NCBI GenBank assembly: GCA_902517245.1
Contig: CABYBK010000002.1
Span: forward strand, 84 to 64,083
Length of the DNA: 64,000 bases
Origin: an uncultured Bacteroidota bacterium
GTDB taxonomy: Bacteria; Bacteroidota; Bacteroidia; Flavobacteriales; Flavobacteriaceae
Reading direction: 5' to 3'
A program made the position numbers and the translations under genes. This document shows, piece after piece, positions 20,603 to 30,995 of this stretch. Numbering within the stretch: the stretch's first letter is position 1; each line of letters starts with the position of its first letter. The notes beneath the pieces are model-generated. The model saw only the letters and a list, made by a program, of their open reading frames with translations. It was not told the origin of the DNA and ran no database searches.

Positions 20603-21733
20603 ATGAAAATTACTAAGCAAGCAATTTTTGATGTACTTAAAGAAATCTCTTTACCTGGTGAGGGACAGAATATTATTGATAGAGGAGTTGTCACTAATGT
20701 GATGATTTTTGGAGATCAGGTTGATATTGATTTACAACTTGAAAATCCAAGTTTACAAGCTAGGAAAAAATTAGAAGTTACCATTCTAAGATCAATTCAT
20801 CAAGAGGTTTATGAAAAAGCTAAGATCAATATAAATATAAAAGTTGTAGCTGCTAAAAAACAGTTAAATCCAATTAAAGGTAAATCTATACCAGGAATTG
20901 AAAATATAATTGCTATTTCTTCTGGAAAAGGAGGGGTAGGAAAGTCTACCATTACATCCAATATAGCTGTTACTCTGGCGCAAATGGGATGTAAAGTAGG
21001 AGTGTTGGATGCTGACATATATGGACCTTCAATACCTACTATGTTTGATATTGAAGGATCTAAGCCACTATCAGTAAAGATAGATGGAAAATCTAAAATG
21101 CAACCCATAGAAAATTATGGAGTAAAGATCCTATCAATAGGTTTCTTTACAAAACCCGAACAAGCTGTTATTTGGAGGGGTCCAATGGCCGCTAAAGCCT
21201 TAAATCAAATGATTTTTGATGCTTCTTGGGGTGAATTAGATTTCTTGCTAATCGACCTGCCACCTGGGACAGGAGACATCCACTTAAGCATTGTTCAAGC
21301 TTTGCCATTAAGCGGAGCTTTGGTAGTAAGTACTCCACAAAATGTCGCCCTATCCGATGCAAAAAAGGGAATATCAATGTTTCAACAAGAAAACATAAAA
21401 GTTCCTGTGCTCGGAGTTGTAGAGAATATGAGCTATTTCACTCCTGAAGAATTACCTGAAAATAAATATTATATTTTCGGTAAAAAAGGTGCTGAATATT
21501 TGGCTAAGGATAAAGGAGTTCCTTTCCTTGGCTCTGTCCCAATTATTCAGAGTGTTCGTGAAGCGTCAGATTATGGCCGTCCAGCTTCTCTTCAAGAAAA
21601 AACGACTATTTCTGATAAATTTAATCAAATAACAAAAAACTTAGTTTCACAAGTTATTTTTAGAAATAAAAATTTACCACCTACTAAAGCGGTAGAAATT
21701 ACTAATTTAGTGGGATGTGAAGCAATAAAATAA
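20603..21733 (+). CDS. apbC: Mrp/ApbC-type Fe-S cluster carrier ATPase
   Basis: 376 aa with an N-terminal DUF59-like domain, deviant Walker A SGKGGVGKST and MinD/Mrp family features. Confidence 0.92.
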   Translation: MKITKQAIFDVLKEISLPGEGQNIIDRGVVTNVMIFGDQVDIDLQLENPSLQARKKLEVTILRSIHQEVYEKAKININIKVVAAKKQLNPIKGKSIPGIENIIAISSGKGGVGKSTITSNIAVTLAQMGCKVGVLDADIYGPSIPTMFDIEGSKPLSVKIDGKSKMQPIENYGVKILSIGFFTKPEQAVIWRGPMAAKALNQMIFDASWGELDFLLIDLPPGTGDIHLSIVQALPLSGALVVSTPQNVALSDAKKGISMFQQENIKVPVLGVVENMSYFTPEELPENKYYIFGKKGAEYLAKDKGVPFLGSVPIIQSVREASDYGRPASLQEKTTISDKFNQITKNLVSQVIFRNKNLPPTKAVEITNLVGCEAIK

Positions 21734-21984
21734 TGATTATGGATTCCAATGAATTAGAGTCAAAAGTATTATTAGCACTTGAAGAAATCAGGCCTTTTTT
21801 AAAGTCAGATGGCGGAGACATTTCTTTAGTTTCTATTGAAGATGATAAGCACGTAAATGTTCAACTTCACGGAGCTTGTGTCGATTGTAGCGTAAACCAA
21901 ATGACTCTGAAATCAGGAGTTGAATTAACAATTAAAAAACATCTCCCCCAAATTGAATCTGTTACGAGTATAGATCCGTCATAA
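21733..21984 (+). CDS. NifU C-terminal-domain-like Fe-S assembly protein
   Basis: 83 aa with the GACVDCS CxxC motif and LEEIRPFLKSDGGD. 1-nt overlap with the apbC stop. Confidence 0.85.
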   Translation: MIMDSNELESKVLLALEEIRPFLKSDGGDISLVSIEDDKHVNVQLHGACVDCSVNQMTLKSGVELTIKKHLPQIESVTSIDPS

Positions 21985-21985
21985 G

Positions 21986-22309
21986 ATGAATCAAAATATC
22001 AATATTCAGTTAACAGACAGAGAAGGAAATCAACATAAATTAACTGCTCCTACTGACATGCAACTTAATTTGATGGAGCTCTGTAAAGCATATGAATTCC
22101 CTATTGAAGGAACTTGTGGTGGGATGGCTCTTTGTGCTTCTTGTCAGTGCTATATCACTAGCAATCATTTGCTTCCAGAAAGGTCTGAAGATGAAAAAGC
22201 AATGCTTGCTGAAGCTTTTAATGTTAAAGATAATAGCCGTTTGGGGTGCCAAATTTTTTTGACGCCAGAACTTAATGACCTTAGTGTAACATTAGCCCCT
22301 GCTGAATGA
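21986..22309 (+). CDS. 2Fe-2S ferredoxin (adrenodoxin/putidaredoxin type)
   Basis: 107 aa with CGGMALCASCQC ... RLGCQ cysteine spacing. Confidence 0.88.
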   Translation: MNQNINIQLTDREGNQHKLTAPTDMQLNLMELCKAYEFPIEGTCGGMALCASCQCYITSNHLLPERSEDEKAMLAEAFNVKDNSRLGCQIFLTPELNDLSVTLAPAE

Positions 22310-22338
22310 ATGAAAATTAATTCAAAATTAAATTCATA

Positions 22339-22992
22339 ATGAAAAAGCATGAATGTGCACTATTTGATCTAGATGGAGTTATAGTTGACACAGCAAAATT
22401 TCATTTTCTTGCTTGGAAAAAAATAGCATCAATTTTAAATTATGATCTTACTCCGATTGATAATGAAAAATTAAAAGGTGTAAGCCGTTCAGATTCACTG
22501 GATATGATTTTAAAAATGGCAAATAAGAATATAGAAACCTCAAAATTTAAAGCATATTTAATTCAAAAAAATCTGACCTATTTAGAATATATTAAGGATA
22601 TTAATTCACAAGATATTTTGCCTGGAATCTCTGAAGCATTATCATTATTAAAAAATAAAAACATTAAAATTGGTTTAGGTTCAGCTAGCAAAAACGCTAA
22701 AATTATACTTGAAAGATTAGGACTAATCAATTATTTTGAAGTTATTATAGATGGAAATAAAGTTGAAAAAAGTAAACCACATCCCCAGGTCTTTTTAAAA
22801 GCCAGTTCTAATTTAGGTATTGTTCCAGAGAAATGCTTAGTTTTTGAAGATTCCAATGCAGGAATCAAGTCAGCAAAAGCAGCGGGGATGACAGCTGTTG
22901 CTATTGGGAGTCCAGAAAAATTTTCAAATGAAGATTTTTGTTACCCAGATTTTTTAACCTTAATTCAAAATGATTTAGATAAATTCTTCTAA
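22339..22992 (+). CDS. pgmB: beta-phosphoglucomutase (HAD superfamily)
   Basis: 217 aa with DLDGVIVDT, LGSASKN, KPHPQVF and EDSNAGI. Immediately upstream of a GH65 phosphorylase. Confidence 0.9.
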   Translation: MKKHECALFDLDGVIVDTAKFHFLAWKKIASILNYDLTPIDNEKLKGVSRSDSLDMILKMANKNIETSKFKAYLIQKNLTYLEYIKDINSQDILPGISEALSLLKNKNIKIGLGSASKNAKIILERLGLINYFEVIIDGNKVEKSKPHPQVFLKASSNLGIVPEKCLVFEDSNAGIKSAKAAGMTAVAIGSPEKFSNEDFCYPDFLTLIQNDLDKFF

Positions 22993-23008
22993 TCTAATTT
23001 AAGTCTTT

Positions 23009-25291
23009 ATGAAAAAATCGTACTTTAAAGTAGATCCATGGAAAATCATAAAAAACGGCTTTGATGAAGATCACGTAAAGGCTTGCGAAAGTATTTTTAG
23101 TCTGGGTAACGGTTTCATGGGGCAACGAGCTAATTTTGAAGAACAATATTCAGGCAAAACCTATCAAGGGAGTTATATTGGGGGTGTATATTATCCTGAT
23201 AAAACAAAAGTTGGCTGGTGGAAAAATGGATATCCAAAATATTTTGCAAAAGTTCTGAATGCTCCAAACTGGATTGGAATTAATATTAGAATAGCTGGAA
23301 TTCCACTAGATTTAAACAGATGTGTTGAAGTATCAAATTTTAGAAGAGAGCTTGATATGAAAAGAGGAATTTACAAGCGTTCTTTCAATCTTAAAATTTC
23401 TACTGACATTCAAGTTGCTGTTAATGTTACTCGCTTTCTTTCAATGGTAGAGTCTTCTTTGGGAGTAATAAATTATCAAATTATCATGGTAAAAGGTAAT
23501 GCAGAAATAGAGATAGATTCCTTTGTTGATGGTGATATTAAAAACTATGATTCCAATTGGGATGATCCTTTTTGGGATCATAAGACTAAAATTATTTCAG
23601 AAGAACTATTGCTTTTACAATCTAAAACTTTTAAATCAAATTTTGATGTAGCTACCTATGCTCAAACTCAACTTTTTGATAAAAATGGATTATCAATTGG
23701 AAACTTCACACTTACTGAAAAAAATCATGTTATTAGTCAAAAGAAAAAACACAAGATGGCTGAGGGAGACAGTTGTACAATTTTAAAATTCGGAGGCTAT
23801 ATTAATGGAATGAATCATAATTTTAATGAATTTAAGAATATTGCTCAAAAGATAGTTTCAAAGGCAATATCTAAAGGGTTTGATAAATTAGTAGAAGAAC
23901 ATATTCAGTCTTGGAATGAAATATGGGATCAGTCTGACATCAAGATTAAAGGAGATGATAAAGCTCAACAGGCTATAAGATTTAATATTTTCCAATTAAA
24001 TCAAACATATAATGGCGCTGATGCTAGGCTTAATATAGGTCCTAAAGGGTTTACTGGTGAAAAATATGGCGGGAGTACTTATTGGGATACAGAGGCCTTT
24101 TGCCTACCCTTTTATATGGCAACAAAAAATCAAAATGTAGCACGAAACTTATTGAAATATAGATATGATCAACTGGGAAAAGCCATTGAGAATGCAGAAA
24201 AGTTAGGATTTACGAATGGTGCTGCACTATATCCTATGGTTACAATGAATGGTGAAGAATGCCATAATGAATGGGAAATAACTTTTGAAGAAATTCACCG
24301 AAATGGTGCTATTGCATATGCAATTTTTAATTATGAAAGATATACCGGTGATAAATCATATATTCCAGAGATGGGTCTTGAAGTACTAATTGGGATAGCT
24401 AGATTTTGGGCACAAAGAGTCAATTATTCAGAGTTTAGAAAGGCTTATGTCATTTTAGGTGTGACAGGACCTAATGAATATGAAAATAATATTAACAATA
24501 ATTGGTATACAAATTTTATTTGTCATTGGAGCTTGAAGTATACTCTTGAGCAGATTGTTCATGTAAAAGATCAGTTTTCAAATGACTGGGAAGTAATCAA
24601 GTCTAAATTAAATTGGAAAGATATTGAGGCAGATCGATGGAAAGATATTGTAGATAAAATGTATTTCCCAAAGCACCCATATCAGGATATTTTCTTGCAG
24701 CAAGATAATTTTTTAGATAAAAACTTAATGCCTGCAAGTGCAATAAATAAAGATCAACGACCTATCAATCAACATTGGTCTTGGGATCGAATTCTAAGAT
24801 CTCCATTTATTAAACAAGCTGATGTATTGCAAGGATTTTATTTTTTTGAGGATCAATTTGATAAAACTTCTCTCGAGCGTCACTTTAATTTTTATGAACC
24901 TTTAACGGTACATGAATCTTCACTTTCTCCTTGTATTCACTCAATTCTTGCAATGCGTTTAGGGAAAAAAGATAAAGCCTATGATTTCTATCTTCAAACA
25001 TCTCGCTTAGATTTAGACGACTACAATAATGAACTAGAAGAAGGTCTTCACATAACCAGTATGGCCGGAACATGGTTGAGTATTATAGAGGGATTTGGTG
25101 GCCTTCGTATTATTAACGATCAAATACATATCAATCCTGCGCTTCCAGATGCTTGGGAAGCATTTTCGTTTAAAATTAATTTCAGAGGTACTATAGTAAA
25201 AGTAGAAGCTTCAGAAGAAAAAATAAGTGTTACTCACAATAATAGAGACCTAATTGTATATTGTAATGGTTCACTAATTAATAGTAATTAG
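23009..25291 (+). CDS. GH65 disaccharide phosphorylase (maltose phosphorylase-like)
   Basis: 760 aa with GH65 N-terminal, central (alpha/alpha)6 and C-terminal regions (YWDTE..., GVTGPNEYE...). Paired with pgmB. Confidence 0.9.
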   Translation: MKKSYFKVDPWKIIKNGFDEDHVKACESIFSLGNGFMGQRANFEEQYSGKTYQGSYIGGVYYPDKTKVGWWKNGYPKYFAKVLNAPNWIGINIRIAGIPLDLNRCVEVSNFRRELDMKRGIYKRSFNLKISTDIQVAVNVTRFLSMVESSLGVINYQIIMVKGNAEIEIDSFVDGDIKNYDSNWDDPFWDHKTKIISEELLLLQSKTFKSNFDVATYAQTQLFDKNGLSIGNFTLTEKNHVISQKKKHKMAEGDSCTILKFGGYINGMNHNFNEFKNIAQKIVSKAISKGFDKLVEEHIQSWNEIWDQSDIKIKGDDKAQQAIRFNIFQLNQTYNGADARLNIGPKGFTGEKYGGSTYWDTEAFCLPFYMATKNQNVARNLLKYRYDQLGKAIENAEKLGFTNGAALYPMVTMNGEECHNEWEITFEEIHRNGAIAYAIFNYERYTGDKSYIPEMGLEVLIGIARFWAQRVNYSEFRKAYVILGVTGPNEYENNINNNWYTNFICHWSLKYTLEQIVHVKDQFSNDWEVIKSKLNWKDIEADRWKDIVDKMYFPKHPYQDIFLQQDNFLDKNLMPASAINKDQRPINQHWSWDRILRSPFIKQADVLQGFYFFEDQFDKTSLERHFNFYEPLTVHESSLSPCIHSILAMRLGKKDKAYDFYLQTSRLDLDDYNNELEEGLHITSMAGTWLSIIEGFGGLRIINDQIHINPALPDAWEAFSFKINFRGTIVKVEASEEKISVTHNNRDLIVYCNGSLINSN

Positions 25292-27124
25292 ATGAAATTT
25301 TTTTTATACTTTATTATTTTTGTCACATCTTTTTCCAATTTCGCACAAATTGAAAAAGTAGAGCCCCCATTTTGGTGGGAAGGAATGCAAGAATCAAAGA
25401 TTCAATTAATGTTATATGGGAAAAATTTATCCCAATACGATCTTGAATTAGACTCATCAAAAAGAATCAATGTAAGTAGAGTAGAAAATCCGAATTACTT
25501 ATTCGTTGATCTTGATTTATCAGAACATTTAGCAGGTAAATTAAAATTTAATTTGATCAAACAAGGAAAAATTTTTTCGTCCTTCAATTTTGAAATAAAA
25601 AATCGTGAAAGACGTGAAAATATTCCAAGTTTTAATTCATCTGATGTAATTTATTTATTAATGCCAGATCGTTTTTCTAATGGAGATTTTTCCAATGATT
25701 CAGACCCTTCAGTTATTGAACAGCCAAATAGAAATAATAAAGACGGACGTCACGGAGGAGATATTAAAGGAATTATTAATCAACTAGATTATCTTGAAGA
25801 ATTGGGAGTAACTGCCTTATGGTCTACACCTATGTGTGAAGATAACGACCCTGAAATTTCATATCATACTTATGCCCAAAGTGATGTTTATCGTATTGAT
25901 CCACGTTTCGGAACTAATAAAGATTATCGGTCTTTGGCAGATGCTCTTCACAAGCGAAAGATGAAGTTAATCATGGATTATGTAACCAATCACTGGGGCA
26001 TAGAACACTGGATGATAAAAGATCTACCTGCTCCAGATTGGATTCACCAATTTGACAAATACACTAATACTAATCATAGAAAAGAAATTCATTCAGATCC
26101 TTATGCTTCGGAAATAGACCAAAAAGAATTAATTCAAGGTTGGTTTGTGCCAACAATGGCGGATCTTAATCAAAGTAACCCCTATCTTCTAAAATACTTG
26201 ATTCAAAATGCAATTTGGTGGATCGAATATGCTCAAATAGATGGTTTTAGAGTAGATACATATCCTTATAATAATTCTCAGCCGATGATTTCTTGGATTG
26301 AATCAATACGTAATCAATACCCTGATTTTAATATAGTAGGTGAAGGTTGGATGCATAATAGTATTCATCTTTCTTTTTGGCAAGAAAAAAGTCCAATTGC
26401 AGCAATACAAAATTTTGATTCTAAGCTTCCTAGTGTTATGGATTTTGCTTTAAATGACGCTTTAGTCAAGATGTTTAAAGAAAATAATTCAAATTGGGAA
26501 CAAGGAACTACTAGACTATATAAAAATTTGCAAAACGATTTTTTATATCCAGATATAAATAATGTTGTTATTTTCGCTGAGAATCATGATACCAACCGAA
26601 TAAACGATTATTACCCTGAGTTTAAAAATTACAAGCAAATTCTCAGTGTTTTAATGACCCTTAGGGGAATTCCCCAAATTTATTATGGTTCTGAAATTGG
26701 TATGACTGGAAAAAAAGAAGTTGGCGATGGAGATATCAGAAGAGATTTTCCAGGAGGTTGGCCTACAGATAGACAAAATGCTTTCAGTGAAAAAGGTAGA
26801 ACTTCAAGGCAATCAAAATACTTTAATTTTACAAAGAAACTTATCCAGTGGAGAAAAACTAATGAGGCAATTCATATTGGGAAAACTTTACACTATGTTC
26901 CTCGTGAAGACGTTTATGTTTATTTTAGATATACAGATAATGAACGCGTGATGGTAGTTGTTAACAACAATCTCAAAGACCAAAAAATTTATTTAAAAAA
27001 TTACAGTCAAGGAATTTCAGGACGAACAAAAGCATATGAAGTTAACTCCGGGAATTCTTTTAAATTACCAGAAATACTAAATATTCCTTCGGAAACAACA
27101 TTAATTATTGAACTAACTCTATGA
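25292..27124 (+). CDS. secreted GH13 alpha-amylase family enzyme (cyclomaltodextrinase-like N-domain)
   Basis: 610 aa with a signal peptide and GH13 regions DYVTNH, GFRVDTY, VGEGW, FAENHD. The start abuts the GH65 stop (TAGATG). Confidence 0.9.
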   Translation: MKFFLYFIIFVTSFSNFAQIEKVEPPFWWEGMQESKIQLMLYGKNLSQYDLELDSSKRINVSRVENPNYLFVDLDLSEHLAGKLKFNLIKQGKIFSSFNFEIKNRERRENIPSFNSSDVIYLLMPDRFSNGDFSNDSDPSVIEQPNRNNKDGRHGGDIKGIINQLDYLEELGVTALWSTPMCEDNDPEISYHTYAQSDVYRIDPRFGTNKDYRSLADALHKRKMKLIMDYVTNHWGIEHWMIKDLPAPDWIHQFDKYTNTNHRKEIHSDPYASEIDQKELIQGWFVPTMADLNQSNPYLLKYLIQNAIWWIEYAQIDGFRVDTYPYNNSQPMISWIESIRNQYPDFNIVGEGWMHNSIHLSFWQEKSPIAAIQNFDSKLPSVMDFALNDALVKMFKENNSNWEQGTTRLYKNLQNDFLYPDINNVVIFAENHDTNRINDYYPEFKNYKQILSVLMTLRGIPQIYYGSEIGMTGKKEVGDGDIRRDFPGGWPTDRQNAFSEKGRTSRQSKYFNFTKKLIQWRKTNEAIHIGKTLHYVPREDVYVYFRYTDNERVMVVVNNNLKDQKIYLKNYSQGISGRTKAYEVNSGNSFKLPEILNIPSETTLIIELTL

Positions 27125-28521
27125 AAATAAAAAGTATTCTAATATTGAGCTTTCTGATTTTATCTTGTCAAAATCAAGCTGAAGAAGCTCGAAAACCGAA
27201 AGTAAAAACAATTGAACCAGCACCGTTTAAACCCATAAATGACGAAATTATTTCTAAAGCTGTTCTTTATGAAGCTAATATACGGCAGTATTCCAATGAA
27301 GGAAGCTTTAATGCTTTTGCAGAAGATTTACCCGTATTAAAAAAAATGGGAGTTAAAATTATTTGGTTGATGCCAATAAATCCCATATCCAAAACAAAAA
27401 GCAAGGGTCCTCTAGGGAGCTATTATGCTGTTTCAGACTATACTAAAGTCAATCCAGAGTTTGGAACACTTGATGATTTTAAATCTCTTGTTAGTAAAGC
27501 ACATCAACTAGGAATGTACGTTATTTTAGATTGGGTTCCTGGTCATACAGGTTGGGATCATATTTGGATTAAAGAGCATAGTGACTATTATCTTAAAAAC
27601 AGAAAAGGCGAAATTATTGATCCTATAGACTTTCGAACAGGAAAATCTTTTGGTTGGACCGATGTAGCAGATTTAAATTACGATAATATGCAAATGAGAG
27701 AAGCCCTAAGGCAAGCTATGTTATACTGGGTTAAAGAAGTTAATATAGACGGCTATCGTATAGATCAGGCTTATGCAATTCCTAAGGAGTTTTATGATAA
27801 GACTTTTGATGCTCTTAGAGAAATAAAGCCAGTTTTTCTTTTAGCTGAAACGGATATATATCATCCTGGTGGTTTAAGCTTAGTTAAAAAATTTGATGCT
27901 TCTTACGATTGGCCAGGGCATCATTTGTCCAAAGAGGTTGCTAAAGGACAAAAAAATGCTATTGATTATTCACGTCATATAACCCGAACAATAAGACGCT
28001 ATGGTCTTGAAAATATACTTGTTAATTTTGTTTCTAATCATGATGAAAATTCTTGGAATGGAACAATTAAAGAAAGTTATGGCGGTGCAGGGCACACTTT
28101 TATGGCAATGAATTATACCATTCCTGGAATGCCATTAATATATTCTGGTCAAGAGTATGATCTCAGTAAGCGATTACACTTTTTTGAAAAAGATAGTTTT
28201 CCTAAAAAAGCAGGAAAGACTATGGAATTATTACAGCAACTAGGGGCATTAAAAAATAATCACAAAGCATTAGCCTCTGGTTTATCTGGTGGTTCTTATA
28301 AGCGGATATTAAGTTCTAAGAATGATCAAATATTTGCTTTTGAGCGGGAAAATGAAGGAGATACACTTTTATTTATTGCCAACTTAAGTAAGGATTATGC
28401 ACAATTTAGTTTACCCTATGATGGATATTTTAAACGTTATCAGGATTTTAAAACGAAAAGACTTTCATCTTCATATCAATACGACATGAAACCTTGGGAG
28501 TTTTGGATTCTTATAAATTAA
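27121..28521 (+). CDS. GH13 alpha-amylase family lipoprotein
   Basis: 466 aa with the lipobox LILSC and GH13 regions DWVPGH, GYRIDQA, LAETD, FVSNHDEN. ATGA overlap with the upstream GH13. Confidence 0.9.
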   Translation: MKIKSILILSFLILSCQNQAEEARKPKVKTIEPAPFKPINDEIISKAVLYEANIRQYSNEGSFNAFAEDLPVLKKMGVKIIWLMPINPISKTKSKGPLGSYYAVSDYTKVNPEFGTLDDFKSLVSKAHQLGMYVILDWVPGHTGWDHIWIKEHSDYYLKNRKGEIIDPIDFRTGKSFGWTDVADLNYDNMQMREALRQAMLYWVKEVNIDGYRIDQAYAIPKEFYDKTFDALREIKPVFLLAETDIYHPGGLSLVKKFDASYDWPGHHLSKEVAKGQKNAIDYSRHITRTIRRYGLENILVNFVSNHDENSWNGTIKESYGGAGHTFMAMNYTIPGMPLIYSGQEYDLSKRLHFFEKDSFPKKAGKTMELLQQLGALKNNHKALASGLSGGSYKRILSSKNDQIFAFERENEGDTLLFIANLSKDYAQFSLPYDGYFKRYQDFKTKRLSSSYQYDMKPWEFWILIN

Positions 28522-28566
28522 TAAATCTTCAATTATAAAAATATATTACTAAAATTTAAGATTAAA

Positions 28567-29331
28567 ATGAATTGTCAAAATCTTTATATTTTATGTTTTT
28601 TAACTTTTACAATGACATCTTGCACCCTAACTAAAGAACCACTTATAATTGGACATCGAGGAGCAAAAGGTCACATTGCTGAAAACACACTACCTTCAAT
28701 AGCTAAAGCTATAGAGCTTGGTGCAGATGGAATTGAAATAGATGTTTTTAAATGTGCTAGTGGAGAATTAGTTGTTTTTCATGATAAAACTTTAGAAAAA
28801 TTGACTAATACTTCAGGGTATATTGAAGAATTAGATTTAGATTCCATAAAGCGTATCGATTTATTAAATGGTTTTACTATTCCCACACTCAATGAAGTTT
28901 TAGATTTAATAAATGGTCAAGTTTTTTTGAATATTGAATTAAAAGGGAGTTCTACTGCAAAAAAAACAAGTGAGCTTTTAACGACATATTTTAAAAGCAA
29001 AACTTGGTCACCAGAAAAAATTATTATCTCAAGTTTTGATTGGGATGAACTAAAAATTTTCCGTCAAAATAATGATGAGGTTCCAATTGCTATTCTCACT
29101 GAAGATGACCCATTAGATGCAATACCCATAGGATTACAGTTAAAAGCTATAGCACTAAACCCCGATTTTAAAACTCTTAATCAAAAGAATGTAGAAAAAA
29201 TTCACAAAGCTGGCTTTAAAATATTTCCATGGACAGTTAATAAAATTGAAGATTTAATAGCCATAAAAAACCTTGGAGTTGACGGAATTATTACAGATTT
29301 TCCTGAGCGTTTCCCAAAATCCAATAATTAA
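28567..29331 (+). CDS. glycerophosphodiester phosphodiesterase (lipoprotein)
   Basis: 254 aa with the lipobox MTSC and IGHRGA...ENT, EIDV GDPD motifs. Confidence 0.88.
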   Translation: MNCQNLYILCFLTFTMTSCTLTKEPLIIGHRGAKGHIAENTLPSIAKAIELGADGIEIDVFKCASGELVVFHDKTLEKLTNTSGYIEELDLDSIKRIDLLNGFTIPTLNEVLDLINGQVFLNIELKGSSTAKKTSELLTTYFKSKTWSPEKIIISSFDWDELKIFRQNNDEVPIAILTEDDPLDAIPIGLQLKAIALNPDFKTLNQKNVEKIHKAGFKIFPWTVNKIEDLIAIKNLGVDGIITDFPERFPKSNN

Positions 29332-29813
29332 TTTAAGTATACTATACTGAAGTTTAGAATAGTAGCGAAACTAACCCAAGCTAAGTAAGGATATAGCATA
29401 AAAGATGATTTCTTGTCAACAAGTCGGAACCAAAAAATAGTTCTTTCAATTAAAACCCATAAGATGAAAATAATAATTAAAGCAAGTAAAGGATTTTTTA
29501 AACCAAAAAAAAGTAGTGACCATAGACCATTAAAAACCAATTGAGCACCAAAGTGATATAGCGCAGTTTTACCCCATCTATGTTTTCTTCCAAAATACCA
29601 GACTCTTCCTAAAGCAATCCCCATAAGTGTATATAAAAGTGTCCATACAGGAGCAAAAAGCCAATTAGGTGGAGAAAAAAAAGGTTTGGATAGCCCATTA
29701 TACCATGTTGGAATTGCTTCTCTTGTTACAATACTAGAAAAGAATCCAACACCTAAAGAAATTATTATTCCTAGAAGGGATGCGATATAAAGCTGTGATC
29801 TATTTTTTTTCAT
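29328..29813 (-). CDS. tspO: TspO/MBR tryptophan-rich sensory protein
   Basis: Five TM helices, Trp-rich (PPNWLFAPVWTLLY, WSLLFF). I prefer the ATG at 29813 (MKKNRSQ...) over the ORF-track start 29867. Confidence 0.85.
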   Translation of the reverse strand: MKKNRSQLYIASLLGIIISLGVGFFSSIVTREAIPTWYNGLSKPFFSPPNWLFAPVWTLLYTLMGIALGRVWYFGRKHRWGKTALYHFGAQLVFNGLWSLLFFGLKNPLLALIIIFILWVLIERTIFWFRLVDKKSSFMLYPYLAWVSFATILNFSIVYLN

Positions 29814-29897
29814 GTTAAGTAAAGCTAAAAGAAAAATATTATTTCTAATAAATATGGAACAAAACATTACAATTGAAGCTGTATCTTTATAGATCGT

Positions 29898-30968
29898 ATG
29901 AATTTAAACACGTTTATTTCTAAAGCTACTGCTCCGGTCAACTTCATAACATCATGGGAAGCACCAAGTAATATTGCATTAATTAAATATTGGGGTAAAG
30001 AACATATACAGATACCTAAAAATCCTTCGTTAAGTTTTACACTTTCCTCTAGTGTCACTAAAACTTCAGTGAATTTTAAGCCTTCAAATTCAGAAAATTT
30101 TGATTTTGATTTTTTTTTCGATGGCACCCTCAGACCAGACTTTAATCCTAAACTCTTAACATTTTTTAAAAATATAGAGTACTATATACCATGGATTAAT
30201 GGCTATAAATTAATAATTAAAAGCAATAACTCTTTTCCTCACAGTAGTGGCATAGCATCATCAGCATCTGCTATGGCTGCATTATCACTATGTTTAATGG
30301 ATTTAGAGAAGTATTTATTCCCTAAAATGAGTGAGGCTTTTTTTTACCAGAAAGCATCTTTTCTTGCTCGATTAGGTTCAGGCAGTGCCTCTAGAAGTAT
30401 ACAAGGGCCAGTTACTATTTGGGGAGAAAATAAAACTTTAAAAAATTCTTCTAATCATTTTGCAATTAGTTTTGGCGACGGATTAAATAAAATATTCAAT
30501 TCCTACCAGGACACGATCCTTTTGGTTGATAAAGGAGCAAAATCTGTATCAAGTTCAAAAGGCCATGATTTAATGCATAATAATCCATTTGCTGAAAATC
30601 GATTCCTTCAAGCATCAAATAATTTAGATTTACTATTACCAATTATGAAATCGGGAGATTTAGAATCATTCATAAAAATAGTAGAATTAGAAGCTTTATC
30701 CCTTCATGCGATGATGATGACTTCTAAACCATATTTTATTTTGATGAAACCAAATACTCTAGAAATTATAAATAAGGTGTGGGAATTTAGAACAAGTCAA
30801 AAATTACCAATATGTTTTACTTTAGATGCTGGAGCTAATGTTCATTTATTATATCCTTTAGCCTATAAGAAAGATATTTCTACTTTTATTGATCAAGAGC
30901 TTAAAGTTTTTTGTCAAAATGGACAATACATTTCTGATCAAGTTGGTAAAGGTGCTATAAAATTTTAA
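29898..30968 (+). CDS. mvaD: diphosphomevalonate decarboxylase family protein
   Basis: 356 aa with APSNIALIKYWGK and FPHSSGIASSASAMAAL (GHMP ATP site). Confidence 0.88.
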   Translation: MNLNTFISKATAPVNFITSWEAPSNIALIKYWGKEHIQIPKNPSLSFTLSSSVTKTSVNFKPSNSENFDFDFFFDGTLRPDFNPKLLTFFKNIEYYIPWINGYKLIIKSNNSFPHSSGIASSASAMAALSLCLMDLEKYLFPKMSEAFFYQKASFLARLGSGSASRSIQGPVTIWGENKTLKNSSNHFAISFGDGLNKIFNSYQDTILLVDKGAKSVSSSKGHDLMHNNPFAENRFLQASNNLDLLLPIMKSGDLESFIKIVELEALSLHAMMMTSKPYFILMKPNTLEIINKVWEFRTSQKLPICFTLDAGANVHLLYPLAYKKDISTFIDQELKVFCQNGQYISDQVGKGAIKF

Positions 30969-30995
30969 ATCAAATAATTTAGCTGTCTAAACAAT

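Noticed and set aside
29867-30127. An 86-aa minus-strand ORF upstream of tspO.
   Set aside because: It lies antisense within the conserved N-terminus of mvaD. The tspO start is better placed at 29813.
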